Translations under genes and position numbers: made by a program
The notes under the pieces: generated by a model
Told to the model about the DNA's origin: nothing
Database searches by the model: none
Seen by the model: only the letters and a program-made list of their open reading frames with translations
NCBI GenBank assembly: GCA_024281375.1
Contig: JAJSAD010000052.1
Coordinates: forward strand, 3,140 to 67,139
Source: Alphaproteobacteria bacterium
GTDB taxonomy: Bacteria > Pseudomonadota > Alphaproteobacteria > Caedimonadales > UBA9215
Direction: 5' to 3'
DNA length: 64,000 nt
Part shown: positions 57,475-64,000 of the stretch, piece by piece
How the letters are laid out: every line of letters begins with the position of its first letter
Position numbering within the stretch: the stretch's first letter is position 1

Positions 57475-58236
57475 ATGCGTATTTTGATTTCAAACGATGA
57501 TAGTATTAATGCTCCTGGGATTAAGGTTCTCGAAAAAATCGCCCATACCATGAGTGATGATGTGTGGGTGGTCGCGCCTGAAGTTGAACACAGTGGTGCT
57601 GGACATTCTTTAACCTTGGGGAGGCCTTTAAGGGTTCGCAAAGTATCTGAAAAGCGTTTTGCCATTGATGGCACGCCGACGGATTGTATGCAGATTGCCC
57701 TAAAGCGTCTTTTAAAAGATCATAAGCCCGACCTTGTCTTATCTGGTGTGAACAATGGGGCGAATTTGGGGGAGGATATTACCTATTCTGGAACCATTGC
57801 GGCAGCTATGGAAGCAACAATTTTGGGTGTACCTTCTATTGCGCTTTCTCAGTTGGTGAAATCTGGGCAACATGCGAAATGGGGAACAGCGGAACATTGG
57901 GCTCCTGGTTTGATTACTCAATTGTTAAAGGCCGGTTGGCCCGAGGATGTGTTGATCAATCTTAATTTCCCCAACGCAATTACGGATTCTGTGAAAGGCG
58001 TGCGGGTTGTTAAACATGGTCGGCGCCATGAGCAAGGAGATATTACCAAGTGGCTCGACCCCAGAGGAGAACCTTTTTATTGGATCGCTAGCAGTATCCG
58101 AGGGGAACAGACCGATGAGCCTGATACGGATTTGGCCTGTGCCTCCGACAATTACATTACCATAACACCTTTGCACCTTGATTTGACTCATTATGACACC
58201 TTGAAAAAATTAAAGAAAGTCCTGACTGATGGATAG
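57475..58236 (+). CDS. surE: 5'/3'-nucleotidase SurE
   Basis: MRILISNDDSINAPGI, SGVNNGANLGEDITYSGT. Confidence 0.95.
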   Translation: MRILISNDDSINAPGIKVLEKIAHTMSDDVWVVAPEVEHSGAGHSLTLGRPLRVRKVSEKRFAIDGTPTDCMQIALKRLLKDHKPDLVLSGVNNGANLGEDITYSGTIAAAMEATILGVPSIALSQLVKSGQHAKWGTAEHWAPGLITQLLKAGWPEDVLINLNFPNAITDSVKGVRVVKHGRRHEQGDITKWLDPRGEPFYWIASSIRGEQTDEPDTDLACASDNYITITPLHLDLTHYDTLKKLKKVLTDG

Positions 58237-59314
58237 GAAGGCAGCAAAATTCTTTGTTGTTTTTCTTTTACTACCTCTTTTCTTTTTAAGCGGTTGCCTT
58301 CTAGACCGCTATCATTATTATACGTCTGTGCGAGGCACTCCCGGTTCTATTTCCGCTGTTGCTGTCCATAAAGGGGATAATATTTATCGGGTCGCCAAGC
58401 GCTATGATGTGACCTTGCGAGATTTAATTGAGGTTAATAACCTAAAGCCGCCCTACAGAATTCATCCGGGGCAGGCTCTGCGACTCCCTAAAAAACGCAT
58501 TCATATTGTCCGTCGTTTTGAAACGGTAACTTCTATTGCCCGTAAACGTAATGTAGATATTCATGGGCTTGTTAAAATGAATGATCTTCAAGCCCCCTAT
58601 ACTCTTCGTGAAAATCAGCGTTTACAGTTACCGTATCCTCAGAAGGCACAACCTCACTGGGCACGACGTAAAATTGTGGCCAAGAAAATTGAGCCTATTA
58701 AAAAAATCGAACCCCTTTTGCCCCTTAAGGAAAAAGCCAAAACAATTGAACCCTTACTACCTTTAGTAAAAAAACCAACGCTCAAAAAGCCCTCTCCTAA
58801 CAGAGAGGCTCATAGGGAGACTCAAAAAACTTTTAAAGATATTTTTCAAGTTCCTCCTCCCCAAAAGCCACAATTGGTACATACGGCAAAAACACCCTCT
58901 CAAAAAAGAGTGTCTCAGAAAGAACCAAAATTAGCGCTTATTTCAAAATTCAGTTGGCCGTTGCGAGGGCGTATTCTGGCAAAGTATGGCAAAAAATCAG
59001 GAGGGCTTCGTAATGATGGGGTGAATATTGCCGCCAAAAAAGGAACACCTATTAAAGCGGCGGAGCAAGGGCATGTTGTTTATGTCGGAAATGCCTTAAA
59101 AGGCTATGGTAAATTGATTTTGATTCGCCATCGTGGTGGATGGATTACGACCTATGCCCACTGTGACCGGACCTTCATTTCTAAGGGTGACCCGGTCAAA
59201 AAAGGCCAAAAAATTGCTACTGTTGGCTCTACGGGAAATGTCAAAAAGTCTCAGCTCCATTTTGAAGTGCGTAAAAAGACACGAACGGTTGATCCTTTGC
59301 GCTATTTAGGTTAG
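58229..59314 (+). CDS. nlpD: LysM-domain / M23 peptidase family lipoprotein-like protein (NlpD-like)
   Basis: Lipobox-like LFFLSGC, two LysM repeats (HKGDNIYRVAKRYDVTLRDLIEVNNL and RRFETVTSIARKRNVDIHGLVKMNDL), and a C-terminal M23 domain (GVNIAAKKGTPIKAA..G.V.Y.G....YG.LILIRH..GW.T.YAH...). Confidence 0.85.
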   Translation: MDRKAAKFFVVFLLLPLFFLSGCLLDRYHYYTSVRGTPGSISAVAVHKGDNIYRVAKRYDVTLRDLIEVNNLKPPYRIHPGQALRLPKKRIHIVRRFETVTSIARKRNVDIHGLVKMNDLQAPYTLRENQRLQLPYPQKAQPHWARRKIVAKKIEPIKKIEPLLPLKEKAKTIEPLLPLVKKPTLKKPSPNREAHRETQKTFKDIFQVPPPQKPQLVHTAKTPSQKRVSQKEPKLALISKFSWPLRGRILAKYGKKSGGLRNDGVNIAAKKGTPIKAAEQGHVVYVGNALKGYGKLILIRHRGGWITTYAHCDRTFISKGDPVKKGQKIATVGSTGNVKKSQLHFEVRKKTRTVDPLRYLG

Positions 59315-59487
59315 GATGAGCCTGTATTTTATACCTATTCAGTTTCGACGTGTGGGTTTTAAAACCAGACCAGAGCTCCCGGAGCGTATACTTTATACGT
59401 GAGGACATTATGACTTTGGGATGTGTCGCCGTTTTGAAAGGCCACACGTTGAAAGAGGATGGGTATTAGCTTATTTAAGGAGAAAAA

Positions 59488-59913
59488 ATGTTAGCACTTA
59501 CTTTATCAGACTTTAGTTTAATTGGAACGGCCAACGCCCAAGCCTTTGGAGGGTCTAGCGGTATTGTAAGCTTCCTTCCTTTCGTCTTGATTTTGGGAAT
59601 CATGTATTTTCTTGTCATTCGCCCCCAAAGCAAAAAAGCCAAAGAACATCGTGACATGGTTTCTGCCCTTAAAAAAGGAGATCGTGTTGTGGTCTCTAAT
59701 GGTATTTTAGGCGTTGTTTCTAAGGTCATTGATGATCATGAAATTACCGTTGAAATCGCCTCGGGAGTGGACATAAAAGTTGTGCGCTCAAGTGTTTCTC
59801 AGGTTGTTTCTAAAAAAACAACGACCCCTGCCGCGAATTCAGAGGGACCTGCTGTGAAGAAAACAACGGCTTTGAAGAAAAAGGCGGCTGCAAAAAAGTC
59901 ATCGAAAAAGTAG
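59488..59913 (+). CDS. yajC: Preprotein translocase subunit YajC (with Lys/Ala-rich tail)
   Basis: FLPFVLILGIMYFLVIRPQSKKAKEHRDMVSALKKGDRVVVSNGILGVVSKV. Confidence 0.9.
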   Translation: MLALTLSDFSLIGTANAQAFGGSSGIVSFLPFVLILGIMYFLVIRPQSKKAKEHRDMVSALKKGDRVVVSNGILGVVSKVIDDHEITVEIASGVDIKVVRSSVSQVVSKKTTTPAANSEGPAVKKTTALKKKAAAKKSSKK

Positions 59914-59943
59914 ACCCTTTAACAAAAAGATTGAGTTAAAAAA

Positions 59944-61521
59944 ATGGTTCATATTCCTACTTGGAAACGCTTAGTTGTTCTCATCACGGTGATTTTTGGT
60001 GTGCTGTTTTCCATGGCGACTTTTATGGATGATAAAGATGTCGATAGCTTACCAGAGTGGCTCCAAGGTCAAGTGAGTTTGGGCCTTGATCTTCAAGGGG
60101 GCTCTCACCTGTTATTGGAAGTAGATGTTCAGTCTGCTTTACGAGATCAAGCGAGTTTTATGGCTGATGATGCTCGCAAAATCTTACGCAAAAAACGCTT
60201 AAAGTTCTCTAATATGCGCGTTGAGGACTTGGTGGTGCGCTTTAAGCTGGATAAACTCTCAGACCGCCAGGCTGTGTATAAAGCTCTGGGGCAACAAGGC
60301 CGTGACATGGCTTTTGATGAGCAAACGTCTGAGTTCTCGATGACGTACAGTGATGCTGAAATTGCCGCCAAGAAAAAACTCCTTATCCAGCAATCTCGCG
60401 AAGTTGTTGAGCGCCGTATTAATGCTCTTGGAACCCGTGAGCCTAATATCCAAACACAAGGAACGGACCGTATTATCGTGCAATTACCTGGTGTCAGTGA
60501 TCCAGCGGCCGTGAAGGATATTCTGGGAAAGACAGCGAAATTAACCTTCCAAATGGTTCATAATCAATATCCAACCTTAGCCTCCTCAGGGGGGCGTGTG
60601 TTGCCTGGAACCCTTGCGATCCCTGAGGATCCTTCCCAAATACGAGGCGACCGCAAGCCCGTGACCTACCTCGTCAAAAAACAAATTTTGTTGACAGGTG
60701 AGTCCTTGTCTAATGCGCAACCGGGATTTTCTGAGAATAATGCTCCCGTTGTAACCATGCGTTTTGATACCGTTGGGGCTCGTAAATTCGGAGAAATCAC
60801 CAAGCAATATACCCATCATCAGTTGGCTATGGTGTTGGATGGTAAGGTTATTAGTGCCCCTAATTTGAATGAGCCTATTTTAGGCGGGAATGTACAAATT
60901 TCCGGTAACTTTACCGTTGCAGAAACCTCAAGTCTCTCACTTTTGTTGCGCTCTGGGTCTTTGCCGGCCCCCTTGAATGTTATTGAAGAGCGAACCGTTG
61001 GTCCCGATTTGGGGGCAGATTCCATTGCTGCTGGTGAGGATGCGACAAAGGTTGCCGTTATCTTGGTCTTTATTTTTATGTTGGTGGCTTATTCTTTGTT
61101 TGGCCTTTTTGCTAATGTCGCCCTTACCTTTAATCTTGTATTTTTAGTGTCCGCCCTTGCTCTAACGGGCTCTACCCTAACATTACCAGGTATTGCAGGT
61201 ATAGCCTTGACCTTAGGGATGGCCGTTGATGCCAATGTTTTGATTCTCGAGCGTATTAAAGAAGAACTTCGAGCCGGTACAAAGTTAATTCAGGCTATTG
61301 ATTCCGGGTCCAAGCGCGCTATGGCGACCATTATTGACTCAAACATTACGACGCTCATTGGGGGCTTAGCCCTTGTGTTTTTTGGGTCTGGCCCCGTTAA
61401 AGGCTTTGGGGTGACCTTGTGCATGGGAATTGTGATTTCCATGTTTACAGCCATTACGTTAACTCGGATTTTGGCAGTATCTTGGTTTAAATGGGCCAAG
61501 CCTAAAGTTCTTCCCATTTAA
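59944..61521 (+). CDS. secD: Protein translocase subunit SecD
   Basis: 525 aa. LGLDLQGGSHLLLEVD, and the C-terminal 6-TM SecD/F domain. Confidence 0.95.
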   Translation: MVHIPTWKRLVVLITVIFGVLFSMATFMDDKDVDSLPEWLQGQVSLGLDLQGGSHLLLEVDVQSALRDQASFMADDARKILRKKRLKFSNMRVEDLVVRFKLDKLSDRQAVYKALGQQGRDMAFDEQTSEFSMTYSDAEIAAKKKLLIQQSREVVERRINALGTREPNIQTQGTDRIIVQLPGVSDPAAVKDILGKTAKLTFQMVHNQYPTLASSGGRVLPGTLAIPEDPSQIRGDRKPVTYLVKKQILLTGESLSNAQPGFSENNAPVVTMRFDTVGARKFGEITKQYTHHQLAMVLDGKVISAPNLNEPILGGNVQISGNFTVAETSSLSLLLRSGSLPAPLNVIEERTVGPDLGADSIAAGEDATKVAVILVFIFMLVAYSLFGLFANVALTFNLVFLVSALALTGSTLTLPGIAGIALTLGMAVDANVLILERIKEELRAGTKLIQAIDSGSKRAMATIIDSNITTLIGGLALVFFGSGPVKGFGVTLCMGIVISMFTAITLTRILAVSWFKWAKPKVLPI

Positions 61522-61548
61522 TTGATAATGAGATAATAGAGAAAAAAT

Positions 61549-62481
61549 ATGCGTGGATTACAGCTTGTCCCTTATAATACAAAAATAGATTTTACAGGAC
61601 GTCGTTATATTGCCTATGCTCTGGCAGCCTTAATTGTCCTAGGGTCTTTTGGGGCTCTTTTTACGAAGGGCTTAAACCTTGGTATTGACTTTAAGGGGGG
61701 GCTCTTGATTGAGATTCGTACCCCTGGGAAAGCTGATATCGCCGGTTTGCGCTCAACCTTGAATGGCTTAGGTCTTGGAGAAGTGAAACTTCAAGATTTT
61801 GGCACAGACCGTGATGTCTTGATTCGCGTCGAGCAACAAGACGGCGGTGAAAAAGCCCAAGCTGTTGCTCTCAAGATGATCAAAGCTACTTTGGGGGACC
61901 AGGTGGATTACCGCCGTGTGGAGACCGTTGGGGCTAAAGTGAGTGGAGACCTCATCCAAAATGGTATTATGGCCCTGGCTTTTGCTATGGTTGGGATGTT
62001 GATTTATATCTGGATTCGTTTTGAATGGGAATATGGTGTGTGTGGTGTCCTGGCCCTTTCCCATGATGCTATTGCCGTCCTTGGTTTTTATGCTATTTCA
62101 GGGTTTGAATTTAATGAAACAGCCTTTGCGGCCATTCTCACCACGGTGGGGTATTCCATTAACGATACTGTTGTGATCTTTGATCGTTTGCGAGAAAATT
62201 TGCGGAAATACAAAACCACACCGATTCCTGAACTCATTAATATTAGTGCGAATAACACCCTGTCCAGAACTTTACTAACGGCAGGCTCCACTATCCTAGC
62301 CCTTTTTGCCTTGTATTTCTTTGGCGGGCCGGTGATTGAAAACTTTAGTATGCCTATTATTGTTGGGGTGATTGCGGGAACCTTTTCCTCGATTTTCTTA
62401 TCTGTAAACTTGTTGTCATTTTTTGATCTACGCAAGACAAAAGACGATGACATTATTCCCTCTGGGCCGGTTACCAAATAG
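61549..62481 (+). CDS. secF: Protein translocase subunit SecF
   Basis: 310 aa. LGIDFKGG, GYSINDTVVIFDRLREN. Confidence 0.95.
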   Translation: MRGLQLVPYNTKIDFTGRRYIAYALAALIVLGSFGALFTKGLNLGIDFKGGLLIEIRTPGKADIAGLRSTLNGLGLGEVKLQDFGTDRDVLIRVEQQDGGEKAQAVALKMIKATLGDQVDYRRVETVGAKVSGDLIQNGIMALAFAMVGMLIYIWIRFEWEYGVCGVLALSHDAIAVLGFYAISGFEFNETAFAAILTTVGYSINDTVVIFDRLRENLRKYKTTPIPELINISANNTLSRTLLTAGSTILALFALYFFGGPVIENFSMPIIVGVIAGTFSSIFLSVNLLSFFDLRKTKDDDIIPSGPVTK

Positions 62482-62556
62482 AATATTCTGCTTGATTTTT
62501 GAGGAGAGACCTTCTATAAAGAACTTAAAATTATGAAATATTATTAGGAAATTTCT

Positions 62557-62781
62557 ATGAAAAAAGATATTCACCCAGAATACCACGCGATCAAAGTGGT
62601 TTTAACAGACGGTTCTAGTTTTGAAACACGTTCCACATGGGGTAAGAAAGGAGAGACAATGCGTCTTGATATTGATCCCTCTTCTCATCCCGCTTGGACA
62701 GGGGTCCATCGTTTGATGGATGCCGGTGGTCAGCTTGCCCGCTTTAATTCAAAGTTCGAGAATTTTGGTCTAAAGAAATAG
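62557..62781 (+). CDS. rpmE: 50S ribosomal protein L31
   Basis: [49 protein letters not shown]. Confidence 0.95.
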   Translation: MKKDIHPEYHAIKVVLTDGSSFETRSTWGKKGETMRLDIDPSSHPAWTGVHRLMDAGGQLARFNSKFENFGLKK

Positions 62782-63187
62782 GGTTTTTATTCATTTGCTG
62801 GGAAAGCACTAAGATTCTTTTATAGAGTCCAAGACTTTCTATCAAGAGTTCACGAATGGGTAAGGGGTATTCATCCTCTTGCCCATTTATACTATTAGAA
62901 AGGCAAAAAGGATCATCCCTAATAAGGTATTTTTTTGAACAGGCTTCTTCGGCGGTGATTTCCCCCGCTAAAGAGGCTTTTTGTGCCAAGAGCCAAGCCA
63001 TGACTTGAGTCAATCTTGCTGTTACTCTGGTCATTTCACAGTTGACTCGTAAGTCCCTCACTTGATCAGGTTCTTGAGCCCGTTGACTTGAATAGTGCCT
63101 CAAAAAACTTTCAGACTTTGTCAATAAGTCTAAAGTCTCTGTGTATGTGTTGTCGTAAAGTATTGATGAAAATTTTTTAGTAATCAT
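62744..63187 (-). CDS. DUF1465 family protein (RcdA-like, regulator of CtrA degradation family)
   Basis: 147 aa. The ...[31 protein letters not shown]... block matches the conserved DUF1465 core (T.RL.....WLL..RA...GE....) as I remember it. The 3' end overlaps the rpmE 3' end by 38 nt (convergent). Confidence 0.55.
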   Translation of the reverse strand: MITKKFSSILYDNTYTETLDLLTKSESFLRHYSSQRAQEPDQVRDLRVNCEMTRVTARLTQVMAWLLAQKASLAGEITAEEACSKKYLIRDDPFCLSNSINGQEDEYPLPIRELLIESLGLYKRILVLSQQMNKNPISLDQNSRTLN

Positions 63188-63377
63188 AATAACACCTCAA
63201 AGTAAAGATAGGTATTACTATAGTATAATTTGGTTAATATTTCGTAAAATATTTGTTTTATTTTCTTAATATTGACCTTTTTCAGGGAAAATATCTCAGA
63301 AAGGACGGTTTTGAGATGTATTATTTGGCAAAAATACTTTATAATGAATCTTTCTCATAAAAGAGATTGCGTAGAAT

Positions 63378-64000
63378 ATGCTAGAAGAAAATATGGCTTT
63401 GATTGTTGATAAATTACTTTTAGGAGTAACGTTGGCGGCACCTATTGGCCCTGTGAGTATCGAAATGATTAAGCGGGGGCTGCGCCATGGATTCCTATCC
63501 GCCTTTAGCGTGCGTCTTGGGGGGGCTTTTGGTAATTTCATTTGTTTGTTAGCAGCTTATTATGGTCTAGCCCCTTTGTTAGCTTATCCCCAAGTTCTTA
63601 ATTTTTTTGGTTTAATTGGATCGGCTCTTTTGATTTATATGGGGGTAAAAACGCTGCGTAAGGGTATGGATGATCTAGATTTGGAGGGAGATATCGCCTT
63701 GCAAAAGGGGATGCGTTGGGGGTTATACCTCGCCATTGCTAACCCCGTGGCCTTTGTTTTTTGGCCTAGTATTTTTGCAGCGAGCCTTGATCCAACGGCA
63801 GGTGTAACGCGTCTTGGCCTTTTTCAAAATGGTTTTATTATTATCGGTGTTCTTTTATGGGGGGGAGCTTTAAGTGCTGTTCTTGCCTATGGTCACACGC
63901 ATTTAAGCAAAAAAGTTATTGTGCGTATTAGCCAAATTTCGGCCTTATTTATGTTTTATTTTGGTCTCAAGTATCTTTGGGTTATTGGGAGACGCCTTTT
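63378..64000 (+). CDS. LysE/RhtB-type amino acid exporter family membrane protein, 3'-truncated by window edge
   Basis: Not in the ORF track because no stop lies within the window. The frame is open from ATG 63378 (or ATG 63393) to the window end. It translates to MLEENMALIVDKLLLGVTLAAPIGPVSIEMIKRGLRHGF...ALLIYMGVKTLRKG...ANPVAFVFW..., a multi-TM LysE-superfamily pattern. Confidence 0.5.
   Translation, partial: MLEENMALIVDKLLLGVTLAAPIGPVSIEMIKRGLRHGFLSAFSVRLGGAFGNFICLLAAYYGLAPLLAYPQVLNFFGLIGSALLIYMGVKTLRKGMDDLDLEGDIALQKGMRWGLYLAIANPVAFVFWPSIFAASLDPTAGVTRLGLFQNGFIIIGVLLWGGALSAVLAYGHTHLSKKVIVRISQISALFMFYFGLKYLWVIGRRL

Overview
This 64-kb chromosomal window appears to come from an alphaproteobacterium with a compact, fairly AT-rich genome. 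An intracellular Rickettsiales/Holosporales-type lifestyle is plausible. That inference rests on gene content (NDUFA12-like/MlaD/DUF2155 cluster, DUF1465 RcdA-like, IalB-family, SPOR gene after argS) and cannot be proven from the sequence alone. Most of the window is housekeeping in classical syntenic blocks. These are flaG-fliD-fliS; rpmH-rnpA-yidD-yidC-engB (minus strand); an RND efflux pair; rsmB-rlmE-ppx; tRNA-Gln; lptD and lptG-lptF divergent from surA-rsmA-rsmD; rimP-nusA-infB-rbfA-truB-rpsO-pnp; argS-SPOR-M50 protease-tatABC-serS-surE-nlpD; yajC-secD-secF; and rpmE. There is also a four-gene phosphorelay module (periplasmic binding protein, hybrid histidine kinase, Hpt, response regulator). 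The most interesting locus is 3.35-7.3 kb. It holds a signal-peptide-bearing 539-aa protein (3967..5586) with tandem WH2-like actin-binding motifs. That protein ends in a textbook WH2-Central-Acidic module (...LLAAIQGFKFGNLKTV...HFLNAMAARRAAIGGGDDESEEW), the signature of WASP-family/RickA-type Arp2/3 activators. It also carries 25-aa helical repeats that resemble ubiquitin-binding MIU/UIM motifs. This gene is flanked by an ORF-less promoter-to-terminator unit, a Lys-rich secreted orphan and an IalB-family gene. Other observations: a near-consensus sigma54 promoter before fliD; a strong intrinsic terminator inside the rimP-nusA leader; two copies of a purine/pyrimidine-skewed palindromic intergenic repeat plus a separate 106-bp element with 17-bp terminal inverted repeats; and two genes each interrupted by a single in-frame TAA, one of them a conserved DUF2155 gene. 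I saw no CRISPR array, prophage, IS element, rRNA or recognisable defence system. All calls come from reading the translations and sequence by eye. No database search or GC computation was run.
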